A stretch of DNA of 63,168 nucleotides, counting the filler. It is 9 parts of 9 records of this genome, joined end to end, with 100 filler letters (N's around TTAATTAATTAA, not from the genome) between each part and the next. Parts side by side here need not be neighbours in the genome. Positions count along the whole stretch, not along the records: positions 5,877 to 15,309 come from SRR31147125_6325; positions 15,410 to 25,853 come from SRR31147125_6326; 7 more parts are not named here. One strand, written 5' to 3'. The notes beneath the pieces were generated by a model. The model ran no database searches. It had not been told where the DNA came from and was given only the letters and a program-made list of their open reading frames with translations. A program made the position numbers and the translations under genes. Shown in pieces: positions 9,850-20,356 of the stretch (its first letter is position 1; each line of letters starts with the position of its first letter).

Positions 9850-12329
9850 TCAGCCTCGGCTGGAGAGTTCTTTATTATCCAGCACTTCCCGAATCTTATT
9901 AGAAAAATCCTTCATAATGATGGGCTTCATTAAAATGCCTTTAATCCCCAGAGCACCGACTTTCGTCTCAGGAATTTTTTCGCTGAATCCGGTACAGAGC
10001 AATATCGGAATATCTGGACGGATCTTCATCAATTCGGATGCGAGCTTGTCTCCTGCCATGTTCGGCATAGCCATGTCTGTGATGACCAGGTCGAATTTGC
10101 CAGGATTTGCTCTAAATGTCTCCAGCGCTTCAACACTACTGGTTCGTGAAGCAACTGAATAGCCCAGGTGTTCCAGCATCTGCTTTTCCATATCGGCAAT
10201 AGCATCCTCATCATCCACAAGTAAAATTTGTTCGGTTCCACGCTGGAGTGTTTCTTTTGTCAGGGTTTCTTGTTTTTCTAAAGAGCTTATCTCAACCGGC
10301 AAGTAGACTCGAAATTCCGTTCCTTTACCAAGTTCGCTATCCATTTGAATATTACCGCCGACACTTTTTACAATGCCATGTATTACGGAGAGCCCCATCC
10401 CTGTGCCCTTACCCTGCGCTTTGGTTGTAAAATACGGGTCAAAGATTCTTCCCTTTATATTCTCCTCTATACCCGTGCCCGTGTCAGTCACAGTTAAACA
10501 AGCATATACCCCTGGTTCCATATCATGGGTCATCGCCTCTTGTTCGCCCAAATAGATTTCTTTCAGGCAAACCTTCAGTTCGCCACCGGTATCTTCCATA
10601 GCATGATAGGCATTCGTCGCAAGGTTCATAATGATCTGGTGAAGCTGCGTGGGATCAGCTTTTGTGGGGCCGCAATCACGATCGATATGTTGCTTTATCT
10701 CTATAGAGGTCGGAATTGTAGACCTGATCAACGTTAGGGCTTCTTTTATTACCGGCTGCATTTTTAATATTTTGATTTCATGGCTTTCATGGCGTGAGAA
10801 TGCGAGGATCTGCATCACCAGTTCCCTTGCCCGCATAGCGCCTTTAAGAATCGCATTGAGATGATTTCGCTGTGGACTCTCTTGTGGAATATCTGCCATT
10901 AGCAACTCGGTGTAGCCGACAATGGGAAAAAGGAGATTGTTAAAATCGTGGGCAATACCACCGGCCAGTGTGCCGATGGATTCCATTTTTTGGCTTTGCT
11001 GTATACGCTGTTCCATATTTTTATGTTCAGATATGTCCCTAAACTCGGTGATCCTCAAACGCTTTCCCTTGTAAGGTATGGTCCTGGCTTCGATACGAAT
11101 TGGAAATGTTTCTCCATTTTTTCGCAAACCGATTGCTTCATAAGGCTTCTCGTAACCGGCAACAATGTTTTTCATCACCGCATCTCTTGATTGTTCTGCG
11201 ATCAGTAGTAACCCGTCCATTTCTATCAACTCATCCACCGCGTATCCTGTCATTTCAGACAAACCTTTATTGCAGTCTATTATGATACCCATCTCGTGAA
11301 TTGCTATACCACCAAAGGAGGCGTTGTGAAGGGCTTTAAAACGAGCCTCGCTTTCCCTTAGTGCTTTTTCTGTTTTCTGGTGGTTTTCAATCTCCTTTTT
11401 TAGCGCCTCATTTTTCTCTTTGAGCGCTTTCGTCCGCAATGCGACCTTATTTTCAAGTTCCCCATAGAACCGGGCCAATTTGCCGGTGAGCAAGTTGAAC
11501 CCATTCGCCATTTGGCTTATTTCATCTTTACCTCCCATTTGAATGGGTTCAATTCGACTGTAATCTTTTTGGACCGATATCTGCTGAAAGTGGCCGGCTA
11601 TCATTTCAACCCGCTTTATGATTAAAAGCCTCATGGTGACTGCTGTGCTGAAAAAAACAGAAGAAGTGCTCCAATAATAGCCAGAAAAGTATTTTTCGAT
11701 TCAGCCCAGAGTCCTTCCGTTACTTCAGTCATTGGGATGCCAACGGCATCCATTCCAATAATTTCACCCAGGGGCCGATAAAACCCTGCTTTGTCACCAT
11801 ATTGTTCTATAAGAGAGGCGGGAGCATCTTTCGGATCCCCGTGGCAATGCAGACAAGCCTTTTCCATGCGCCGCGCACTGAATTTACCCATATACCGCCG
11901 ACCGTTTATGGTAATGATGCCTTCCCACCGTCTCAGCTGAGGGTTTTCGTTAAAATGCTTGATTATTTTCAGCTCTTCGGGACCAGCCAGGTTAGCCGGG
12001 TTTCTTGGGTTGTCCGATGAAAATTTGATGATATAGCCCGGAAATTCCTTGCGGACATCTTCAAAGATGGAGCGTGCAATGTATGAGGTAGACATGGTTG
12101 CCGGTATAAATTCATCCTGGCCCAACAGTTCGTACATCAATGGCCTGATATTGTCAGCTGCGTATTTTCGGATAGACAAATCAAAATGAAGGCCCATAGA
12201 CGCCTGTTGTTCGACAACAGTGCGAACATGATCGTCTACAAGCGAATGCTGATGGTATAAGAGGAAACCCAATAAGAGCAGGGTTGAGAAAATGAGCCAG
12301 ATCAACAATTTGGCTGTGATGCTTTTCAT
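9850..12329 (-). CDS. Hybrid sensor histidine kinase (c-heme DUF3365-like sensor, HAMP, PAS, HisKA, HATPase, REC), frameshifted at 11651-11657
   Basis: CLHCH heme motif, AHDFNN, N/G1/F/G2 boxes, REC LVDDE...TDMAMP. Adding one T to a T7 run fuses ORFs 11631..12329 and 9850..11634 and restores TM2 (LLLFFFSTAVTMRLLII). Confidence 0.9.
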
Positions 12330-12418
12330 ACGGCACTATTTCCATACGCGGTGGTGAATTTAGAGACCTGACAGCCTCAAAATTGCCATGGTCTTTTCAA
12401 ATCTATCCATTTAAGTTG

Positions 12419-12445
12419 GTATCGGTTATATTTTAAAAAACTTGA
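12419..12445 (-). promoter_or_regulatory. Putative sigma28 (FliA) promoter
   Basis: Minus strand TCAAG-N14-ACCGATAC, about 90 nt upstream of the 12329 start. Confidence 0.55.
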
Positions 12446-12798
12446 AAATCTATAGATTAGGCGGTTTATAGGCGTTGGTGGTCCGTTATGGGTGAAATTC
12501 ATAAAAAATAAAGTGACATACGGATCGCTTTGATTGGTGATTACATGCTAATTTATGAAGGTGCGGATAAACGATCTGCATATTTGCTATCGCAATGGAT
12601 CTTGTTCCATTCAGGCAAAATGGCATACTTAATCTTGCGTCAAAATGCGTCTTTTGAGGGGCATTCGGTTCCATCGACGACTATAGCTGGAACAGTTCCC
12701 TCCAGTGCATTGGCGGCAAGCAACTGTTCGGCTTTCCGGAGTACATCCGGCTTCATCTCTTTTTGCTCGATGTGGGTTAGAAAAGCTTGGAGATCTTA

Positions 12799-14139
12799 CT
12801 AAGAGCTCGGGTCTTTGGATGATTTTTCGATATCTATTATTTTGCCATGAGGGTACGTTTTGGTTTCATATCTCGTGATATGCATGAGCCTCTGCGTAAT
12901 TTGTCCCAGCCGATCGATTTGCTTTGATATCTTGGATATCCAATCGGACATGTCCTCATTTTCAATCCTGTCTAAGGATAATAGCTCCAAATATCCGGAA
13001 ATGGCCATCAGCGGCTGATTCATCTCGTGGCAAACCGCCCCGGCCATTTCAATCACGCCTTGCATCCGCTGGCTTTCAAGTAAAGCTTCTTCGGTTTTTT
13101 GCTCAGTGAGGTCATGAACTGCGGTGACTCTCACTTCTCTATTTTTATAGGTGAACATTTTGCCTTTGACTTCAATGGGAAATCGGGTTCCGTCTTTTTT
13201 GAGGCCGATCGTTTCATATCGGTGTTGGTGACCGGATACTATCTTGTTCTCAACTTCTTTTCGGACTTCCGGATCAACAAGGTCGATCGCCTTGAAATTG
13301 ACAAGCTCCATCGGTTTGTAGCCGAACAACCTCGCCATAGCTTCGTTCACTTCAAGAACAATACCCTTCTCGGAGATAACGATTCCTTCAAAAGCCGCAT
13401 CGGAAAGACTGCGGAACCTCTCTTCGCTATCTGTCAGTTTGTCGTTTAGATGGGTCAATTCGTCGGTTCGCTTACTCAGATCGTTTTCTATCCTGTGGGC
13501 GTTGACAATCATCAGGCCGGTCGCAATCAAAATGCTACCTGTTGATACTGCAATTATGCTGAATCCGTGCAAGGAGCCGGCCGACATAAAATCAGGAATT
13601 CTACCTTCGACGAGCAGGGTTAAAATGGCTCTCATGAGGAACCATAGCGCCATCGACACAAACGTCACCATGAGCAAAATATTTTTACTTCCCAGATTCT
13701 CACTAATGCGTCTGGCAGTAATAGAAGTACAATATAGACACCAAACCGAGAAAGCGAAAGAGATGATAGCAATACGGGCATTTACGTCCGGTGACAGGTA
13801 CGTGAAATAAATAAAGCTCAAAATAAAAGCCGTAAAAAAGAATATGTCCGTCCAAATCCTCTGCTTGCCACCTCCAAATCTAAGCAATCCTCGGGCTATC
13901 AGTGAGAAAAAAAGAACAATCAGCGTGTTGGCCATTATGATCGTAAAGAATGCCGGTAGGACATTTCTAAGGCTTAGTAATATAAAACCGATGAAGTTGA
14001 GTATGTAGGCAAGGGTCCATTGACCGAAGCCCGGGTAGGTTTTCTGGTACTTATATATGTATGACATACAGATAAAAAGGCACGCAGATATGAAGCCGCT
14101 GAATAGAGATAGTGTTCTTATGTCAAGAAAGGCATGCAT
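12799..14139 (-). CDS. Multi-TM sensor-PAS-HisKA protein lacking the HATPase domain
   Basis: About 7 TM segments, PAS domain, H-box VCHEMNQPL. The protein ends about 70 aa later without N/G boxes. Confidence 0.85.
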   Translation of the reverse strand: MHAFLDIRTLSLFSGFISACLFICMSYIYKYQKTYPGFGQWTLAYILNFIGFILLSLRNVLPAFFTIIMANTLIVLFFSLIARGLLRFGGGKQRIWTDIFFFTAFILSFIYFTYLSPDVNARIAIISFAFSVWCLYCTSITARRISENLGSKNILLMVTFVSMALWFLMRAILTLLVEGRIPDFMSAGSLHGFSIIAVSTGSILIATGLMIVNAHRIENDLSKRTDELTHLNDKLTDSEERFRSLSDAAFEGIVISEKGIVLEVNEAMARLFGYKPMELVNFKAIDLVDPEVRKEVENKIVSGHQHRYETIGLKKDGTRFPIEVKGKMFTYKNREVRVTAVHDLTEQKTEEALLESQRMQGVIEMAGAVCHEMNQPLMAISGYLELLSLDRIENEDMSDWISKISKQIDRLGQITQRLMHITRYETKTYPHGKIIDIEKSSKDPSS

Positions 14140-14216
14140 CGCTCAGATTTCCGCTGTTAACGTTGGTTCTTGAGCTGTTTGGATATCTTAAGTGTATCCC
14201 ATGAAAATTGAGGCTG

Positions 14217-15308
14217 TCAAAACGTTTGAAACAATAGCGCTTCGTTGAGTTTCCGCCAAAGGTCACCGCCGGAAGGCAGATCGAAGCGATCCACTCCGAT
14301 GATTGGTACGCATCCCATCAACGCGTTGGCGATCAGCACCTGATCTGCATCAAGGAGCATTTCGGGTTTAAGCGGTTTCTGGCCGATTTCGTATCCCCAC
14401 GATTCCAACAACCGACAAGTGGCCTTGGCCATCACACTGGGCAGCACCGCTGCGGACGATGGGTGGAAGATCTTGCGGCCGTCGATGAACAGCAGGGCGG
14501 CTGTGTTGGTTTCCGATAGGGTGCCGTCCGGGTTGAGGATCAGGGCTTCGTCGTAGCCGTTGGCCTGGGCCCACTGGCCGGCACGCAGGTAGTAGAGATA
14601 GTTGAGGGTCTTGTGGGCGGCCAGAGGGGTTTGACGCGGGTGGGGATAGGTGCCCAGGTGGATTCCCGGTTTGCCAATGGACTCCAATCGATGGGTGTAG
14701 GGCCGAGCCGTTACGAGCAGGGTGTGGTCCCATGGGGCACGGGTGCGGCTTCCCCGTGTCGCCAGGATCTTAACGGCGGCACAGCACTCAAAGAGATGGT
14801 TGGCATCGATCACCTGGGCGACGATCTCTCCCCAGCTCAGGTCGGGCGGGGTGCCGGGCATCAGGGTGCGCCAGGTGTTGGCAAAACGCTCCAGGTGGTC
14901 GTTGAGTAGTGGGGCCGTGCCGTTGTCCACACGGATGGTTTCAAAGAAGCCGTGGCCGTAGAGGAGGCCCTGGTCTGCAATGGGGACGGAGGTTTCTTCT
15001 GCCGGCAGCAACCGGCCGTTGCACCAGACGATCGACTTTGGTTCTTCAGCCATGCATTCGTTCTGGCAGGCGGCCATCAGGGTGCGGCCTTTGTGAAGGG
15101 TCTCCTCGTATTCGGCCTGGGGGTCTGAGTCGAAGACGATGCCGCCTCCCACGGAGAAGCAGAGGGTATCGTCGACGACGGTGGCCGTGCGGATGGCGAT
15201 GGAGAGGTCCATGGTGTCGTGAAAGCTGATATAGCCGATGCTGCCGCAGTAGACGTGGCGTCGGCACGGCTCGAGTTCGTCGATGATCTCCATCGCGCGC
15301 ACCTTGGG
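14217..15308 (-). CDS. pabB: Aminodeoxychorismate synthase component I fused to ADC lyase (PabB-PabC), 5' partial
   Basis: PKVRAMEIIDELEP, YCGSIGY, IAIRT, GGGIVFDSDP, then class IV aminotransferase motifs GHGFFETI, HKTLNY, EALILN. Confidence 0.9.
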   Translation of the reverse strand, partial: PKVRAMEIIDELEPCRRHVYCGSIGYISFHDTMDLSIAIRTATVVDDTLCFSVGGGIVFDSDPQAEYEETLHKGRTLMAACQNECMAEEPKSIVWCNGRLLPAEETSVPIADQGLLYGHGFFETIRVDNGTAPLLNDHLERFANTWRTLMPGTPPDLSWGEIVAQVIDANHLFECCAAVKILATRGSRTRAPWDHTLLVTARPYTHRLESIGKPGIHLGTYPHPRQTPLAAHKTLNYLYYLRAGQWAQANGYDEALILNPDGTLSETNTAALLFIDGRKIFHPSSAAVLPSVMAKATCRLLESWGYEIGQKPLKPEMLLDADQVLIANALMGCVPIIGVDRFDLPSGGDLWRKLNEALLFQTF

Positions 15309-15309
15309 G

Positions 15310-15409
15310 NNNNNNNNNNNNNNNNNNNNNNNNNNNNNNNNNNNNNNNNNNNNTTAATTAATTAANNNNNNNNNNNNNNNNNNNNNNNNNNNNNNNNNNN
15401 NNNNNNNNN
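15310..15409. other. Artificial contig spacer
   Basis: N-linker-N. Confidence 0.99.
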
Positions 15410-15667
15410 ACTTCTTTGTCACTCATTGGTCATTCAGTGGTATTTTACTGCGCTCGCTATGATTTTATAGTGTCATAAAAATCCACTTTTTGAACTTAAT
15501 TTTCTGCTTACGGTTTGAAAAGACTAGTAATTACAATGGCTTATGTGCTAGTTCGAAGTTGGGGCAGCTTCTCTGACCTGCTCCATATTCACGAGGAATA
15601 CTGAAGAATAAGCAGGAAAGGCGGCGTTTTTGCAAAAAGCGCGAAAAATGACCCAAAATTGAAAAAG

Positions 15668-16741
15668 CTATTTTTTCATTGCTTCGACGATTTTTTTAAT
15701 ACTTTCTGACTGATCTCGGTGAGTTACCAAAGTTCTGTCACCCGAACGAACCACGATCAAATCTTTAATACCGATCAAGGCGACAGTTTCTTCTGTGTCT
15801 TCGCAGAAAACAAAATTGTTGTTTGCTTCAAGAGATTTGAGATTTGCGTTTGTTCGGTTGTCAAATTCGTTTGGTTGGAAGAATTCTTCGAGAGCCAGCC
15901 ATCCACCGACGTCATTCCAGTTGAAATCGGCCTGAATCATGCGAACTTTTTCCGCCTTTTCCATCACACCGAAATCAATCGAGATTTTTTCAAGCGGAGT
16001 GAAGGCTTTTTCAAGCTCATCTTCCCATGATGTGGTTTTATCAAATTGAGGCAATGGTGCGAGCAATTCTGCATGTTTCGGCAGGAAAGATTCAATTGCA
16101 TTCCAAATGCTTTCAGTCTGCCAAACAAACATGCCGCTATTCCAGAAAAAGTTGCCTTTGTCCAAAAATTCCTTGGCTCTTTCAATGGATGGTTTTTCTT
16201 TAAAACGTGAGAGATTATAATGGTTTATCTCACTATCAACGTCAATTTTATCGCCTGTTTCAAGATAGCCGTATGAATTTGCAGGATATGTTGGAGTAAT
16301 TCCAAATGTGTATAAAGCACCTGAATTTTCCGCGCCTTTTGCTGCTGAAAGAATGATTTTATGAAAATCTTTCACAGGCTCGATCAAATGATCCGCAGTT
16401 ATGACGAGCATTGTCGAATTCTCGAATCTTGCTTTGCAAATTATCGAAGCCAGTGCAATTGCGCCGGATGTATCACGAGGAATTGGCTCGCCGATTATGT
16501 TTTCTTTTGGAAGTTCCGGAAGTTGCTCTTTTACCAAATCAGCAAATCTTTTGCCTGTTAACACAAGAATATTTTCCAATGCGACAAGTTCCTTAACTCG
16601 ATCGAAGCTCATCTGAAGCATTGATCGATCACCGAAAAGTGAGAGAAATTGCTTTGGGAAAGTTTCGGTGCTGACCGGCCAGAAGCGAGTTCCCGAACCA
16701 CCTGCCATGATAACTACGACCAAATTTTTGTTTTGTTCCAT
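15668..16741 (-). CDS. manC: Mannose-1-phosphate guanylyltransferase
   Basis: MAGGSGTRFWP, PKQFL, ADH, FKEKP, WNSGMF, SIDFGVMEK, WNDVG. Confidence 0.92.
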   Translation of the reverse strand: MEQNKNLVVVIMAGGSGTRFWPVSTETFPKQFLSLFGDRSMLQMSFDRVKELVALENILVLTGKRFADLVKEQLPELPKENIIGEPIPRDTSGAIALASIICKARFENSTMLVITADHLIEPVKDFHKIILSAAKGAENSGALYTFGITPTYPANSYGYLETGDKIDVDSEINHYNLSRFKEKPSIERAKEFLDKGNFFWNSGMFVWQTESIWNAIESFLPKHAELLAPLPQFDKTTSWEDELEKAFTPLEKISIDFGVMEKAEKVRMIQADFNWNDVGGWLALEEFFQPNEFDNRTNANLKSLEANNNFVFCEDTEETVALIGIKDLIVVRSGDRTLVTHRDQSESIKKIVEAMKK

Positions 16742-16772
16742 TGTTTATATCCTCGTTTGTATCTGCTTGATA

Positions 16773-17461
16773 TTATTCAACTATTCTATATTTAGTTCTT
16801 GTTTCTTTTGGTGTGGCACAATTAAAATGCCACCATTCGTTGTTAATCGGATAAAACCCTGCTCGAACCATAATTTCACGAAGTAAAAGTCTGTTTGCAA
16901 GTTGCTTCGACTTTAGTTGCTTGTGATTTATCATTTTAATTTCGTGTCTGGGTTCAGCCTTTTTCCGAAAAAATCGAATGGAGTTCCCATGTCAATTGGC
17001 TTATTGTCTTTAGTTGCCAGAGTCAAATCTATTGCGCAGCCATAATTATGAATCGAGCCTGTTTTTGAATATGGATTTGCAACGTAGTTTTGCTCTTTTG
17101 TGCCTTTGACAGCATTCCACATAAGCTTTTGCACGCTTCTAGGGCGCAGACAATCATAGGCGATAATATGCAGCTCAGGATCTCTTTTCTTTAGTAATTT
17201 CGCTGTTTTAGCGAGCATCATCGCAGCATCTTTTTGCAAATAACATTGATTGAAGTTGCCGTAAACATTTTTTCCAAGGAAGTTATTGTTTGTTGCATAC
17301 TTCATTTCAACCTGAAGATTATCGACATATTCGGACGCTTTGACAATGCTTGGGAACTTTTTTAAATCTACTAAAGGTTTGTTTGTATCAGCAATTGATA
17401 TTCCCAAAAAACCAAATGAAATCAAGATGATACATCCAATTAGCATATATTTCTTGTTCAT
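16773..17461 (-). CDS. ddpX: D-Ala-D-Ala dipeptidase (VanX/DdpX, M15D) with signal peptide, frameshifted at 16960-16964
   Basis: YATNNNF, YDCLRP, SIHNYGCAIDLTL, MGTPFDFF. The C-terminus with EWWHF is in another frame and is restored by one extra A in an A5 run. Confidence 0.87.
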
Positions 17462-17495
17462 TTTGATCTCCTTTTCAAGGAAAAACCAGTGATAC

Positions 17496-17529
17496 AAAAA
17501 AGCCCCTTTGAAGTACACAAAGGGGCTTT
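17496..17529 (-). terminator. Rho-independent terminator
   Basis: AAAGCCCCTTTG / CAAAGGGGCTTT stem with T-run on the minus strand, after the lipoprotein gene. Confidence 0.8.
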
Positions 17530-17547
17530 AAAGATTCTCATAAGAAC

Positions 17548-18963
17548 TTATTTCTGCAAATTAAGTTCTTCTTCAGCGACTTTGACAATCGCATCAGGTA
17601 TACAACTTTTCTTGCTGAAGAAGTATTGCTCGTAATCTGCTTGTGTAATCAAACCTTTTTCAACCCAGGTCATTGGATCGAAGCAGTACATATTATCTTC
17701 CGGGCGACAATCTCCATCCACTTCGCATTCGCGGAAGCAGAAATTAGCAATAGCATAACTGTCGCTAACAAAACCTAGGTTAACACACATGCCACCAAGT
17801 TCTTCTGTGCATTTTCCGCCACACTCTGGATCCTGAAGAGCCAAAACTGAGCAATAGCCGTTTGGAATATCAGGAAGAGTCAACATGGCTGCTACTGATT
17901 CTTTAGTAAGACAGAAATCAGTGTCGCATTCTTTTTTATCTTCGCATGCAGCTCCAACATGACCAGCTTTTGGTGGATTGCCTTCGCCGCCTTTTGTTGC
18001 GGTAACTTCATAAGTGTATGATTCGCTTGAGTTATTCGGATCTTTGGTGTCCATAACCAGGAAGTATGAACCACTTGTCGTTGTAGTAAATTTAAGTTCC
18101 TCTTCTTCGCCAGCTTTGGAATTATCTGTAAATGCCATACATGTTGCATCATCTTTGCAATCGCTTTTCAAAAGGTAGATTATAGGGTCGATATTGTCGC
18201 CCTTCATCTTTGCTGAGACGATAACTTCAGCATCCAAAGAAAATCCGATTACAACTTCGTTTCCTTTACCAAGCTCCTGAACTGGTGCAACTTCGACTTC
18301 TTCTTCTATTTCGGTAGCAGTTTCGGCATCTCCGTCAACCGGAGTTGTTGCTTCTGTATCACCATCTACAGTTTCTGTTGTTTCCACTTCAGTTTCTGTT
18401 CCAGTTTCGACCTCGGTTTCAACTGCTGTTTCTGTATCTCCATCTGCGGGAGTAGTTGTCTCGGCGTCGCCATCAACGGTTGTTGTATCCGTATCACCAT
18501 CTGTAGTTGTTTCTGCTTCTACTTCTGCTTCAACTTCTACTTCAGCTTCTACTTCAGCTTCAACTTCTACTTCAGCTTCTACTTCTGCTTCCACTTCTAT
18601 TTCAACTTCAGTTTCTATCTCTGCTTCAATCTCTTCGTCTCCATCAACACCTGTACGAAAATAATTGAAGAGCGAAACAGAACTAATCTGGCAAGAAGCT
18701 CCTGTAAGATCGTTTTTAAGGTCAGTCAGTTTTCCTTCACCTGACAAAGGTTTGGATAAACTGCTTGATTTGAATGGAGAATCACATGTTCCATCACCCG
18801 TGATGGTTGGCCCTGTTGAGCTGTCACCATCTACCGCAGTAGGATCTTCATCTGCTTTTGGAAGGGCGGCTGTTCCATAGCCGTCGTATTCACAACCAAA
18901 CATCGAAACAGAAAAGCCTGTCAAAACCAGAATAAGGGCCAGAGTAAGCTTGTCCACTTTCAT
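17548..18963 (-). CDS. Lipoprotein with acidic repetitive linker, PPC-like domain and Cys-rich C-terminus
   Basis: Lipobox MFG-C, EVEAE and DGD(A/T)E repeats, GSYFLVMD PPC-like strand, multiple Cys. Confidence 0.8.
   Translation of the reverse strand: MKVDKLTLALILVLTGFSVSMFGCEYDGYGTAALPKADEDPTAVDGDSSTGPTITGDGTCDSPFKSSSLSKPLSGEGKLTDLKNDLTGASCQISSVSLFNYFRTGVDGDEEIEAEIETEVEIEVEAEVEAEVEVEAEVEAEVEVEAEVEAETTTDGDTDTTTVDGDAETTTPADGDTETAVETEVETGTETEVETTETVDGDTEATTPVDGDAETATEIEEEVEVAPVQELGKGNEVVIGFSLDAEVIVSAKMKGDNIDPIIYLLKSDCKDDATCMAFTDNSKAGEEEELKFTTTTSGSYFLVMDTKDPNNSSESYTYEVTATKGGEGNPPKAGHVGAACEDKKECDTDFCLTKESVAAMLTLPDIPNGYCSVLALQDPECGGKCTEELGGMCVNLGFVSDSYAIANFCFRECEVDGDCRPEDNMYCFDPMTWVEKGLITQADYEQYFFSKKSCIPDAIVKVAEEELNLQK
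18511..18625 (-). repeat. Intragenic 30-bp/6-bp tandem repeat encoding (EAEVEAEVEV)n
   Basis: CAACTTCTACTTCAGCTTCTACTTC(A/T)GCTT at 18531 and 18561, with degenerate flanking copies. Confidence 0.8.
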
Positions 18964-19276
18964 TTCATAATCCTCCTAAAACCGTTTCCCTAAAACAGAC
19001 AGGTCTATCTTTTCTTTATGTATAATACATATAGTAAGCGATAGTTGAAGGGAGTATAATATCAACTTAATATATACTGCAAGAAAATTGACGTATAATA
19101 ACCTATTATTCCAAATTTTACTCGCGTGAAAAAAATACGCGGTTTTTTGATGCATATTTTAAGGTCAGATCAATATAAAACCATTGCCAATTTATGTTAT
19201 GGTAGTCTAGTATAAGAAATAGAATAAAATTGTAGAAAATTGCAGTAGATACATAATGTAATAAGGAGTTTACATC

Positions 19277-20341
19277 TTGGATATTAGAAGACCTTTGCAT
19301 TCCGATGTTGAAGAATTGGTAATAGCCAAAGATGAAGAAAGTGGATTGCATGCCATAATTGCAATCCATAGTACATTGCTCGGCCCTGCAATATGCGGTA
19401 CAAGATTTTATCCTTATAGCGATGAAAAAGTGGCACTTGATGATGCAACTAGAATAGCCAAACAATTTACCTATAGATCCGCATTGGCAAATATTCCATT
19501 TGGCGGAGCATATGGAATAATTATCGATTCCCTGAATAAAAAATCAAATCGCGATGAGTTTTATGCAAGTTATGGAAAACTTGTAGATAAGTTCGAGGGC
19601 AGAGTGTTGGCTACTGCAGATTTGAATTGCATGATGGGTGATATTGATACGATTAAAAAAAATACTCCTTTTGCCGCAGGTGGAAATGAGGGTGCCCCTG
19701 GCGATCCTTCATATTTTACAGCATTGGGACTTTTCAGAGGTATTGAAGCGGCTGCAAACAAGGAATTGAAAACCAACAGTCTATCTGGACTGAAAGTTGC
19801 CTTGATGGGAGTAGGGCATGTTGGTGTTCAATTAGCAGAAATGTTACATATTGCCGGAGCAAAACTTATTGTAGCAGATATTATGGGTGAACATCTTGAT
19901 CGCGCCAGAGAAGAATTCAACGCAGAAACAGTCAGACCAAGAGACATTACAGAAGTTGCCTGTGACATCTTTTGTCCATGTGCTTTGGGACGAGTGCTTG
20001 ATGATAGAACCATCCCCAAATTGAAATGCAAAATAGTTGCCGGTTCTGCAAATAATCAACTTGCCATTCCATTTAAACATTCAAGGATGTTACATCAGCG
20101 AAGAATAGTATATGTTCCTGATTTTGCGGTAAATGTGGGATCATTGTATACGAATGTTTGTGAGTTGAATGATTATGGTACTCCGAAAGCAACTATTCTT
20201 ACAAATGGTTTGTATGATACGATTGACAGGATTTTACAGGAGTCTCGCAAAGAGGATAGGCCAACTTATGAAATTGCTATGAGAATAGTAGAAAACAAGA
20301 TGAGACGAGCGAGAGCACTTCGTATCACCAAACACCTTTAA
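19277..20341 (+). CDS. Leu/Phe/Val dehydrogenase homolog with degenerate active site
   Basis: GLHAIIAIHSTLLGPA, GVGHVG Rossmann motif, PCALG, AGSANNQL. The two conserved lysines are replaced (TYR, GGAY). Confidence 0.85.
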   Translation: MDIRRPLHSDVEELVIAKDEESGLHAIIAIHSTLLGPAICGTRFYPYSDEKVALDDATRIAKQFTYRSALANIPFGGAYGIIIDSLNKKSNRDEFYASYGKLVDKFEGRVLATADLNCMMGDIDTIKKNTPFAAGGNEGAPGDPSYFTALGLFRGIEAAANKELKTNSLSGLKVALMGVGHVGVQLAEMLHIAGAKLIVADIMGEHLDRAREEFNAETVRPRDITEVACDIFCPCALGRVLDDRTIPKLKCKIVAGSANNQLAIPFKHSRMLHQRRIVYVPDFAVNVGSLYTNVCELNDYGTPKATILTNGLYDTIDRILQESRKEDRPTYEIAMRIVENKMRRARALRITKHL

Positions 20342-20356
20342 ATTATATAAATATGT

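Noticed and set aside
12646-12798. About 50 in-frame codons after the sensor's TAG (DLQAFLTHIEQKEMK...) as pyrrolysine or readthrough
   Set aside because: TAG is immediately followed by TAA and the extension has no HATPase motifs. At most it is an unidentifiable gene remnant.
15410-15660. Possible CRISPR leader at the contig end (AT-rich, IHF-like motif, GCGTTTTTGCAAAAAGCGC palindrome)
   Set aside because: No repeat or cas gene is visible, so it cannot be supported.
16773-17461. Vancomycin resistance gene vanX
   Set aside because: No vanH/A/R/S context, and a signal peptide is present. It fits a housekeeping M15D dipeptidase.
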